Source of the DNA: Nanobdellota archaeon | GTDB lineage: Archaea; Nanobdellota; Nanobdellia; Woesearchaeales; JAHWHD01 | NCBI GenBank assembly: GCA_034722435.1 | Contig: JAYENX010000026.1 | Coordinates: 1-14,486 of the forward strand | DNA: 14,486 bases | Direction of reading: 5' to 3' | Made by a program: the position numbers and the translations under genes | Notes under the pieces: generated by a model | Seen by the model: the letters and a program-made list of their open reading frames with translations, nothing else | What the model was told of the DNA's origin: nothing | The model's database searches: none | Shown here: positions 1-8,081 of the stretch, one piece after another | Numbering within the stretch: the first letter of the stretch is position 1 | Layout of the letters: each line of letters opens with the position of its first letter

Positions 1-122
1 ATTATATATTATGTTCTTTAATCTATATAACTCTTTCCATATATAAAACTTATTGTGTTTGTAACTGTATGGGGACAGTTATATTTATAAATGCATGGAG
101 CTAGTAAGGTATTGGGGGAAGT

Positions 123-983
123 ATGAATAGAAGATTGATTATTGGAATGATTGGAGCTATTGCAGCTACTGCTATAATGTCTTATTCTTTGAGTCCATCT
201 TTAATGAATGTTCCTTTTCATGAGAAAAGAGTAGAATATTTACAGAAATATAAACAAGTAAGAGATATATTTCAATTACCTTTGAAAGAAGCGCATGAAA
301 TTGCAAAGAGTAAGGGAATTTCAATTGCTGATGAATTACAAAAAGATGATACTTATTTGCAAGGTCTTAATTCTGAGATATTGGGAACTGTAAGAACTTT
401 AAAATCTATATCTGGTTTAGATTTGAAAGATTATGATTTTAGAAATAAAGCTGAAGAATCTACTTTAGAAAAATTGTCAAAGGACCTCTATAAAACAATT
501 TCTCCTATAAATAGATTAGAATCAATTGAAGGTGTTTTTTTTATACCTAAAGATAAGTTAAAAGTAGTATATAAACCTGAAGAAATGTCGGGAGGTTATT
601 GTATGCATGGTTTGATGACTTATCATCCTGGTCCTTTTTATTCTTATAGTTCAAGTATACATCTTTTGCAAAGAGATTTGCTTTCAACATCAAGGGGGAT
701 GGCACATGAACTTGGACATGTATTATGTAAAAAAAATACTTCTATTGAGACAAGGGAGTTAGGGGCTATTGCAGTTGAACATTATTATCTTCAGCATCTG
801 TTTAATCAGAGGCCTGAATTAAGAAAATTTATGCCTGAAGGTTCTTACAAGTATGTTTCAAGTGGTGCAAAGAAAGGGTATAGACTTTTCAAAGGTTTAA
901 AGAAAAAAGGGTTTGCACCAAGACAGATTTATTCAATTTCTACCAATCATTCTGTTGAAGAGATTAATGACTTTTTACCTTGA
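123..983 (+). CDS. Membrane-anchored/secreted zincin-like metallopeptidase, 286 aa
   Basis: Hydrophobic N-terminus (LIIGMIGAIAATAIMSYSL); HEXXH motif AHELGH followed by a downstream Glu (ELGAIAVE); TTTATAAA at 84-91 and GGGGG at 114-118 upstream of ATG. Confidence 0.65.
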   Translation: MNRRLIIGMIGAIAATAIMSYSLSPSLMNVPFHEKRVEYLQKYKQVRDIFQLPLKEAHEIAKSKGISIADELQKDDTYLQGLNSEILGTVRTLKSISGLDLKDYDFRNKAEESTLEKLSKDLYKTISPINRLESIEGVFFIPKDKLKVVYKPEEMSGGYCMHGLMTYHPGPFYSYSSSIHLLQRDLLSTSRGMAHELGHVLCKKNTSIETRELGAIAVEHYYLQHLFNQRPELRKFMPEGSYKYVSSGAKKGYRLFKGLKKKGFAPRQIYSISTNHSVEEINDFLP

Positions 984-1049
984 TTTTTATGTCGTCGTAA
1001 TCTTCGTGTTAATACAGTATATACTTACTACCTTTTAATAATGAAATTA

Positions 1050-1067
1050 CGAAAACTTTATAAAGTT
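1050..1067 (+). promoter_or_regulatory. Archaeal BRE-TATA promoter for the 68-aa ORF
   Basis: CGAAAAC followed by TTTATAAA (1057-1064), 22 nt before ATG 1087; 1054-1067 (AACTTTATAAAGTT) is a perfect palindrome. Confidence 0.7.
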
Positions 1068-1086
1068 CTGTTGCTTAACTTGTTCT

Positions 1087-1293
1087 ATGTATGAAGAATT
1101 GAAGATTGAGGAGTTAAATATGGAACCTTTTAAGTGTATGCAGTTCAAAGAGTATCTTGGTTTTGTGCTTTCTTCAAAAAAATCTTTAAGCTTTGTTGAT
1201 TTTCAAAAACATTGTGGAGTTTCAAGACCGCAATGGGATATGTTTAAAGCAAATAATAGAGAAGTTGAAGATTTTATATTTCTTCTTGATTAA
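1087..1293 (+). CDS. Small hypothetical protein, 68 aa, probably leaderless
   Basis: ORF track; BRE-TATA at leaderless spacing; stop overlaps the mutL stop in a TTAA tetramer. Confidence 0.6.
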   Translation: MYEELKIEELNMEPFKCMQFKEYLGFVLSSKKSLSFVDFQKHCGVSRPQWDMFKANNREVEDFIFLLD

Positions 1294-3014
1294 ACAACTC
1301 GTTTAAATTTTCTTTCTAGATCAGATTTAGTGAACTTGATAATTGTAGGTCTGCCGTGTGGGCAGGTATAAGGTATATCGCAGGTGTGAAGATTTTTTAG
1401 AATTTTGTGCATTTGTGCAATTTCGATTCTATCGCCTTGCTTGACTGAACCTCTGCATGCCATACGTATTAAAATACTTTCTTTAATGTCATTAATTTTT
1501 TTGAATTTGTTTTGTTTAAGTTCAGATATAATATCTAAAATTATGTCTTTGTTAACTAGTTTTTTGATAATCATTGGTGAGGTTCTTAGTATGAAAGAGT
1601 TACCTCCGAAATTTTCTATCTTGAATCCGAACTCTTCAAAAATTTTTAAGTTACTTCCTAAAACATTTGCATCAATAGGGTTAAGGTTTAGATGTACAGG
1701 TGAGAGAAGTTCTTGTACAGCGATACCTTTATTTTTGTATTCTTTCATTAATCTTTCATATCTTATACGTTCTTCAGATGCGTGCATGTCCACAACAACA
1801 AAACCTTCTGCGTCTTCTGCTACAATGTAACAGTTATGTATCAATCCAAGAACAGTGAGTTCAGGAATCTTTTTGGTATCTGCTTTTACCACTGTTTCAA
1901 CTTCAACAAGAGCAGTTTGTGCGGGTTTGTGTTCATATACTTTCTCGGCTGTTCTTGGTTTTGGTCTGGCAGATGTTGCCATTAAAACACTTTGTTTTTC
2001 TGATGGTGTGACCTCAGGTATAAGTGAAACGTCTTGAAGAGATTCATGGCAAGCATTGAAAATAGCTTCATATATTTCGTTTTCCATACTGAAACGGATC
2101 TCGGTCTTTTGTGGATGGACATTTACATCTACCATATCGTTTTTTATTTTTATTGAAAGTATTGCAACCGGGTAACGGTGTGAATGTAATAATGTATGGT
2201 ACGCATCAGTGAGTGCGTTGCTGATTATTTTGTTTTTTATATATCGGTTGTTGACGAAGATACTTATCATTTCTTTATCAGACCTTGTAAGTTCAGGTTT
2301 TGATATGAAACCTTTGATACTTATTTTTTCAGTTTCATAATTTACTTTGATAAGTTTTTTAGCAATATCTGTTCCGTATATGTTAACAATGTTGTTAAGT
2401 ATGTCCTCAGATGCGGGGGAGTTAATTATTGTTTTAGTGTCATGGATAAGTTTGATTGAAATTTCTGGATGTATTAATGAATATCTTGTGACGATGTCAA
2501 TTGTGTGGTTAAGTTCTGCTTTGACAGATTTAAGATGTTTTTTTCTTACTGGTGTGTTAAAGAATAAATCTGTTACTTCAATAGTGGATCCGACTGGCGC
2601 GCCTATTTCTTCATTCCTTAGCATAGTACCGCCTGATACCAGTATTTTTGTACCTTCTAATGAATCTTCAGTTTTTGTGATGAGTTTTAGATTTGATATT
2701 GCTGCGATAGATGCAAGTGCTTCTCCCCTAAACCCTAAAGTGTTTATATTGAAAAGGTCTTTGTCGCTTGTAATTTTTGAAGTTGCATGGCGTAAGATAG
2801 AAAGTTCTGCATCTTCTTTAACCATTCCCGAACCATTATCAGTTATCTTGATAAATGATTTACCTCCCTCGTTAAGTTCTACTGTGATAATAGAAGCATT
2901 TGCGTCAATACTGTTTTCTATAAGTTCTTTGACAACTGAGGCTGGTCTTTCTACTACTTCACCTGCTGCAATCTTGTTAATCAGTTCCTCGTCTAAAATC
3001 TTTATATTAGTCAT
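1290..3014 (-). CDS. mutL: DNA mismatch repair endonuclease MutL, 574 aa
   Basis: GHKL ATPase N-terminus (KIAAGEVVERPASVVKELIENSIDA, DNGSG, GFRGEALASI); DVNVHPQK; endonuclease motifs DMHASEERIRYE, ACR (MACRG) and CPHGRP; QELLSP clamp-type motif. Confidence 0.98.
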   Translation of the reverse strand: MTNIKILDEELINKIAAGEVVERPASVVKELIENSIDANASIITVELNEGGKSFIKITDNGSGMVKEDAELSILRHATSKITSDKDLFNINTLGFRGEALASIAAISNLKLITKTEDSLEGTKILVSGGTMLRNEEIGAPVGSTIEVTDLFFNTPVRKKHLKSVKAELNHTIDIVTRYSLIHPEISIKLIHDTKTIINSPASEDILNNIVNIYGTDIAKKLIKVNYETEKISIKGFISKPELTRSDKEMISIFVNNRYIKNKIISNALTDAYHTLLHSHRYPVAILSIKIKNDMVDVNVHPQKTEIRFSMENEIYEAIFNACHESLQDVSLIPEVTPSEKQSVLMATSARPKPRTAEKVYEHKPAQTALVEVETVVKADTKKIPELTVLGLIHNCYIVAEDAEGFVVVDMHASEERIRYERLMKEYKNKGIAVQELLSPVHLNLNPIDANVLGSNLKIFEEFGFKIENFGGNSFILRTSPMIIKKLVNKDIILDIISELKQNKFKKINDIKESILIRMACRGSVKQGDRIEIAQMHKILKNLHTCDIPYTCPHGRPTIIKFTKSDLERKFKRVV

Positions 3015-3020
3015 CTGAAT

Positions 3021-3075
3021 CTCCTTAAGAAAAATCTAAGTTTGAAGTTTAAATGTTTTATGGTTGGTATTTAAA
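3021..3075 (-). promoter_or_regulatory. mutL promoter and Shine-Dalgarno
   Basis: Minus-strand TTTAAATA at 3075-3068; AGGAG at 3025-3021, 6 nt before ATG. Confidence 0.6.
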
Positions 3076-3095
3076 TGGTTAGGATTACATGAAAT

Positions 3096-3214
3096 AACCG
3101 GAAAGCCTCGTCTTTTAAGGCGTGGATGAATGGCTTTCTGGTTCTTTGTGTCTCAAAAATTCGCTTGTTAAATGGGGTGGTCGTCAAGTTTACCTTTTTA
3201 AGGCCGGGTACGTC
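3096..3214. mobile_element. Putative non-autonomous IS200/IS605-family remnant (palindrome-associated element), no transposase
   Basis: Imperfect GC-rich hairpin GAAAGCCTCGTCTTTTAAGGCGTGGATGAA (3101-3130) and a degenerate second copy CCTTTTTAAGGCCGGGTACGTC (3193-3214), sharing TTTTAAGGC. Both resemble IS605-type end hairpins as I recall them (AAGCC..GTCCTTTAGGGCG.GG). A 12-bp inverted repeat (3096-3107/3132-3143, one G-T) surrounds the first copy. Confidence 0.5.
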
Positions 3215-3266
3215 GTTCTTGGTTGATTTTAGTGACTTTTATAAATATGTTTATATATCTAATATT

Positions 3267-4739
3267 ATGGACTTAAATAACGTTTATCCTGAATTTGTTA
3301 CAAGACATTATGGTCTGGCTTTTTACCATGATAATGCTAAGAAAGTTATTGTTCCTCTAGATACTTTTTTTATTGGTAGAGCACAATGTTTAAGTCCCGA
3401 AAGTCTTGAGACTATTTTGGGTGCTTGGCTTGAAGATAAAAAGGCGAAGGTACAAGCTGATAAGGATTATTTTGCTGAACATGGTGATGAGTATTATTGG
3501 AATGGTGGAGATTTTGAGATTAAAGAACATTATAATGTTGCAAATTCTAAAGGTGAAGTTAGGAAGAGACATATTTTGGATTTGTCTTCAAAAGATTTGA
3601 TTAGGGAGCTTATTAAAAGGGTTAAAGCTGTAGATAAAACTTCTAAGCTTGTAACTGTTTCTGGTAAAGATGTGTTCAGACATCCTGAGAAAGAAAAAAA
3701 ACAAAAATGGGTTGCTAATATTGGTAAGGGTTCTGTGTTAACAGGGAAAATTGCGAGTAGGTCTGATGCGAGAGAATGGGACAAGAAAAGTTATCATCAT
3801 GTTAAACTTGTAGGTGTGATGGAACCTAATGCACATCGGTTAACTTCTGTGAATTGCACAGGAATGTCTGCAGAGTTTAATTCGTATAAACAGATTGTTG
3901 CAAATGGTGAAGGATATTCTGAACTTGAAGTGATGTGTTCGCATGTTGCGACGTTGTTACAATATGTAAAAGATTATCCTTATTCAGTTGAAGGATATAG
4001 ACAAGTAAGGGGTAGAGGTACGGAATGGAAGTTCTGGGTACCTATAAATGCGGGTTCATTACAACCTCGGAACTTGTTTAGTTCTCCTAGTAAAGATTTA
4101 TTATTGGCGGAAATTTTAATTGCAAGATATTTTAATAGAATGACTCTTGAACAAATATCGCAAAAGTTGGGTCATCAGAAAGATATTTACGATTTTGAAG
4201 TGTTAAAAGGTCTTGAGTCTGGAACTATAGGTTTTGAGAGTGTGGTGCAATATCAACATCCGCCTGCAGGAACTTTAGGTAGGAGTGTTATGCAGGGTGT
4301 ACATGAATGTCTTAGCGAGGTAGGTTTTAAATTAGCAGGATATGTGAAAGAAGGTAAATGGGGACAATACGAAGCTAGCTGTCCTAATTATGTTAATGAC
4401 AAAGGTGAAGAGGCGCGTATCTGGGTTACTAAAAAGATGCCTCCTGTTGTTGTTTTTAGAAGAGGGTTAGATGATTCTAAGTTTAATCCTTATCAAATGC
4501 AAAGAAGGGATACTAGTCCAATGGGTAGACTTTTTGAGAGGGAAACTTCTTTAGATGATAGAACTTCAAGGTTTACTGAAAGTGAAGTTAGGATTCCTTG
4601 GAATTTACAAATGCATCCGAGTGTGGTAAAAGATTATCTGGTTTTTATCAATAAATATCATCCCTTGGGTGTTAAAGGTCTTAAAATGAAACTTTGTCAT
4701 CAGAAGGATAAAAAATTGTATAAGCAGTTGTTTAGTTAG
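3267..4739 (+). CDS. Hypothetical protein with degenerate SWIM-like zinc finger, 490 aa (start revised from 3126 to 3267)
   Basis: TTTATAAA at 3238-3245 lies 21 nt before ATG 3267; the extra 47 codons in the ORF track run through the palindromic element. SWIM-like pattern ASRS..YHHVKL..VNCTG..MCSHVATLL. Confidence 0.75.
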   Translation: MDLNNVYPEFVTRHYGLAFYHDNAKKVIVPLDTFFIGRAQCLSPESLETILGAWLEDKKAKVQADKDYFAEHGDEYYWNGGDFEIKEHYNVANSKGEVRKRHILDLSSKDLIRELIKRVKAVDKTSKLVTVSGKDVFRHPEKEKKQKWVANIGKGSVLTGKIASRSDAREWDKKSYHHVKLVGVMEPNAHRLTSVNCTGMSAEFNSYKQIVANGEGYSELEVMCSHVATLLQYVKDYPYSVEGYRQVRGRGTEWKFWVPINAGSLQPRNLFSSPSKDLLLAEILIARYFNRMTLEQISQKLGHQKDIYDFEVLKGLESGTIGFESVVQYQHPPAGTLGRSVMQGVHECLSEVGFKLAGYVKEGKWGQYEASCPNYVNDKGEEARIWVTKKMPPVVVFRRGLDDSKFNPYQMQRRDTSPMGRLFERETSLDDRTSRFTESEVRIPWNLQMHPSVVKDYLVFINKYHPLGVKGLKMKLCHQKDKKLYKQLFS

Positions 4740-7252
4740 ATGTCAAATAAACTTAACTGTTTATGTTTTATTTCGTCTTTAGTTTCTATTTTTGGTTCAG
4801 GTTTTGGTTCTTTTTTAGGAAATTCGGCATGGACACGTTCAGCTATTTCATCTTCCATTTCTAATCTGTTCATGATTATTTTGCTTCTTTCGATGACTGA
4901 GTTGGGAAGGCCTGCTAATCTTGCTACTTGGATACCGTAGCTTTTGTCAGTACCTCCTTTTACAATTTTTCTTAAGAATATTATTTCGTCATCTTTTTCT
5001 ATTACGGCTATATTGTAATTGTTTACTGATTTTAACTTTTCAGAGAGTTTGTTAAGCTGGTGATAGTGTGTTGCAAATAATGTTTTGGCTTTGATATTAT
5101 CATGGATATGTTCTGCTATTGACCATGCTAAAGAGATCCCGTCAAAAGTGCTTGTACCTCTACCTATTTCGTCAAGGATAATTAAAGATTTGGATGTTGC
5201 ATTGTTAAGGATGTTTGCAGTTTCAGTCATTTCTACCATGAAAGTTGATTGCCCCATTGTTAAGTCGTCATAAGCGCCAACTCTTGTAAAAATTCTGTCG
5301 GCAACTCCGAGTTTTGCTTCTTTGCAAGGTACAAAGCAACCTATTTGTGCCATCAATTGTATTAAAGCTATTTGTCTCATGAATGTTGATTTACCCGCCA
5401 TGTTTGGGCCAGTAATTATGTGAAGAGATTCTTTAGTGTCTAAAAAGCAGTCGTTAGGAACAAAGTTTGATTCTAGAAGTTCAACAACTGGATGTCTAGA
5501 GTCTTTAAGATTTATAGTTTCTGAATTTTCAATTATTGGTTTTACATAATTATTATCAACAGAGATGTTTGCGATAGAGATCAAAACGTCAAGGTTGGCT
5601 ATTTTGTTAGCTATTGTTTGAATTTGTTCAGTGTATTTTGATACTTGTTTAATGATTTCTTGAAATATGCTGTATTCAAGTGCATGAATTTTTTCTTCAG
5701 CACCAAGGATGAGCGCTTCCTGATCTTTAAGTTCTGGGGTGATGAAACGTTCTGCGTTTACTAAAGTTTGTTTTCTTATGTAATCTTTAGGAACTAAATG
5801 TAAGTTTGCTTTAGATATTGTGATGTAGTAACCAAATACTCTGTTAAAACCAACTCTTAAAGTTGATATCCCTGTTTTAGCTTTTTCTTTTTTTTCGAGC
5901 TCAGCTATCCAGTCTTTGCCGCCATGAGTTATCTTGTAAAGTTTGTCAAGTTCTTCATTATATCCCCGTTTTATTATGTTAGCTTCTCTTATTGTAATGT
6001 TAGGTTCTTCTTTAATAGCTTCTTGAATGAGGGTGGATACTTGGGATATATTTGGGATGTCTGAAAGTTTTTTAAGAAGTTCAGAATTGAATTTAAGAAT
6101 TTTCTCTTTAATCGCTGGTAGTGTGTTAAGTGACTTTTTTAGGGATACTAAATCTCTAGGGTTTGCAGAGCCAAAGTTTACTCTGGAAATTAATCTTTCA
6201 ATATCGTATACTTGTTTAAGTAATGTTTTAAGTTCTGTTCGTTCTAGATTTGTTTTTGCTAATTCTTCGACAGAATTAAGTCTTTTTTGAATCTGGGTAA
6301 TGCTTATCAATGGTCTGAGAATCCATTTTTTTAAAAGTCTAGAGCCCATTGGTGTAATTGTTTTATCTAAAACTGAGAGGAGAGTCCCTCTCAAGGTTTG
6401 ATCGTGAATATTTTTTATAAGTTCAAGGTTTCTTTGAGTGCTGGAGTCTAGGACCATGAAATCGTTTGAAGTGAATTTCCTGATTTTGTTAATGTAGCTT
6501 AACGTGGTTTTTTGGGTTTCTTTAATATATGAAAAAAGTGCACCTGCAGCTGAGATTGCTAGTTTATTGTTTTCAATTCCATAACCTTGTAAAGTTGATA
6601 CATTGAAATGTTCTGTAAGCGTTTCATAAGCTTGTTGAGTGAATTTATTGTCAGGAAATGTGGAAGTGAACGAGTTAAGGTCGTTAACAAGTTCTTGGTT
6701 TACTTTTAATGATTCGGGGATTATTATTTCTGCAGGATTAAAACGGGTAATTTCATTTTTTAATTTTTCAAAATTCCCAAGTTCGCTGCAAAGGAATTCT
6801 CCGGTTGAGATGTCAACAAGCGCAATTCCGAATTTGTCAAGATTTGGATATATTGACATTAGGTAGTTGTTAGATTTTGCGTCTAAAATGTTTGATTCTA
6901 CTATTGTGCCGGGTGTGACAACACGTACAACTCCTCGTTTTACAATTCCTTTAGCTTGTTTAGGATCTTCTAGCTGTTCACATATGGCTACTTTGTGACC
7001 TTTTTTCACGAGTTTTGCTAAAAATGGTTCTAAAGCGTGATAAGGGAACCCTGCTAAAGGCGCTCTTGATTCGCCTTTGCCTCTGGCTGTTAGAGTTATT
7101 TCAAGTTCTCTTGCAACTAGTTTAGCGTCATTGTAAAATGTTTCGTAGAAATCTCCCATTCGGAATAAGAGAACGCAATCTGGATACTCCTTTTTAGCTT
7201 TTGCAAATTGTTGCATTGCCGGTGTCAGTTTCATATTGTCAAAGTCTAGCAT
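4736..7252 (-). CDS. mutS: DNA mismatch repair protein MutS (MutS1), 838 aa
   Basis: LTPAMQQF, FRMGDFYE (Phe-X-Glu mismatch sensor), VVRVVTPGT, Walker A GPNMAGKST, STFMVEM, DEIGRGTST, FATHYH, SYGIQVARLAGLP; C-terminal QLSLF. Confidence 0.99.
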   Translation of the reverse strand: MLDFDNMKLTPAMQQFAKAKKEYPDCVLLFRMGDFYETFYNDAKLVARELEITLTARGKGESRAPLAGFPYHALEPFLAKLVKKGHKVAICEQLEDPKQAKGIVKRGVVRVVTPGTIVESNILDAKSNNYLMSIYPNLDKFGIALVDISTGEFLCSELGNFEKLKNEITRFNPAEIIIPESLKVNQELVNDLNSFTSTFPDNKFTQQAYETLTEHFNVSTLQGYGIENNKLAISAAGALFSYIKETQKTTLSYINKIRKFTSNDFMVLDSSTQRNLELIKNIHDQTLRGTLLSVLDKTITPMGSRLLKKWILRPLISITQIQKRLNSVEELAKTNLERTELKTLLKQVYDIERLISRVNFGSANPRDLVSLKKSLNTLPAIKEKILKFNSELLKKLSDIPNISQVSTLIQEAIKEEPNITIREANIIKRGYNEELDKLYKITHGGKDWIAELEKKEKAKTGISTLRVGFNRVFGYYITISKANLHLVPKDYIRKQTLVNAERFITPELKDQEALILGAEEKIHALEYSIFQEIIKQVSKYTEQIQTIANKIANLDVLISIANISVDNNYVKPIIENSETINLKDSRHPVVELLESNFVPNDCFLDTKESLHIITGPNMAGKSTFMRQIALIQLMAQIGCFVPCKEAKLGVADRIFTRVGAYDDLTMGQSTFMVEMTETANILNNATSKSLIILDEIGRGTSTFDGISLAWSIAEHIHDNIKAKTLFATHYHQLNKLSEKLKSVNNYNIAVIEKDDEIIFLRKIVKGGTDKSYGIQVARLAGLPNSVIERSKIIMNRLEMEDEIAERVHAEFPKKEPKPEPKIETKDEIKHKQLSLFDI

Positions 7253-7258
7253 TGGTTT

Positions 7259-7315
7259 CTCCTTGATATAATGTCGTACTTCATTCTATTTATATTTTAG
7301 GTTTTGGTTTATAAA
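7259..7315 (-). promoter_or_regulatory. mutS promoter and Shine-Dalgarno
   Basis: TTTATAAA at 7315-7308; AGGAG at 7263-7259, 6 nt before ATG; same layout as mutL. Confidence 0.55.
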
Positions 7316-7335
7316 TTAAGAAGTTAAATTTTATT

Positions 7336-7629
7336 TTATATTTCTTTTTTAGGAACTATGTCGACTGTTGCATAGCATGAACATCCATTTCTGATAACTG
7401 TTCTAGTAGGGTCTCTTCGTATTTCGTATCCTGAAGGGACATGTCTTTGTGCTAGTTCTTCTGCAGCTTTATACGCTAAGTTACTGTTTGGCCCAGTTCC
7501 TATTACTGTTTTAATTGTTAATATTTCTAGATTTAATTCTGTTTTTTTTGCAGTTTCATATGCTATGTTAATGTGTGGTCCAGCGTTTATTGTTGTTTCA
7601 GTTGTTAAATTGTCTAGATTTTGTCTCAT
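7336..7629 (-). CDS. Hypothetical protein with internal tandem repeat, 97 aa
   Basis: ORF track; minus-strand TTTATAAT at 7661-7654, 24 nt before ATG; two GPxxNxAYxxA units. Confidence 0.7.
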   Translation of the reverse strand: MRQNLDNLTTETTINAGPHINIAYETAKKTELNLEILTIKTVIGTGPNSNLAYKAAEELAQRHVPSGYEIRRDPTRTVIRNGCSCYATVDIVPKKEI

Positions 7630-7722
7630 GAACTGTTTGTTTTTTTGTACTTGATTATAAACTTGTTGTTTTGATGATTGAGATGATAATCTTTATAAAT
7701 AAAATGTATATATTTCTTGAAA

Positions 7723-7992
7723 ATGATGAAAGATTATGCAACTCAATATAGGCCTATGCCTATAAGTAAAACTTATAAATCAAGGTTAAGAAATTTAGCT
7801 TTTGCAGTGTTCGTTTTAGAAGCTGTTTATTTTGGTCTTTCTATGGTGAGAAGTGAGCCTGTTGAAGAATTAGCTATGAAAACTAGTTATAGTCATAGTT
7901 ATACTAGAGAGGATGCGGCTCGTGAGATTGCCGAAGGAAGTTTTGATGAAAATCTTATGAAGGAATGGGCTTTGATAAGGATGGGACAGTAG
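7723..7992 (+). CDS. Single-pass membrane hypothetical protein, 89 aa (ATG 7723 preferred over TTG 7717)
   Basis: TTTATAAA at 7692-7699, 23 nt before ATG; hydrophobic segment NLAFAVFVLEAVYFGLSMV. Confidence 0.7.
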   Translation: MMKDYATQYRPMPISKTYKSRLRNLAFAVFVLEAVYFGLSMVRSEPVEELAMKTSYSHSYTREDAAREIAEGSFDENLMKEWALIRMGQ

Positions 7993-8021
7993 AAAGATTG
8001 TTTTTTTATTTAGCACCTTTT

Positions 8022-8031
8022 CGTAATTACG
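8022..8031. promoter_or_regulatory. Possible operator palindrome upstream of the HEPN gene promoter
   Basis: Perfect palindrome CGTAATTACG, 18 nt upstream of TATATAAA (8050-8057). Confidence 0.3.
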
Positions 8032-8081
8032 GACTTTATTATCTAAATATATATAAATAAGTTTTATGTTAAGTTTTGTTA

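Noticed and set aside
3126-3266. N-terminal 47 codons of the 537-aa ORF
   Set aside because: They run through the palindromic element and the TATA box; ATG 3267 fits the promoter.
1405-7000. Plus-strand ORFs inside mutL and mutS (1405, 1782, 1855, 2347, 4740, 5085, 6027, 6639) and small ORFs inside the SWIM-like gene (3390, 3406, 3530)
   Set aside because: Shadow or alternative frames of well-supported genes, with no motifs or promoters.
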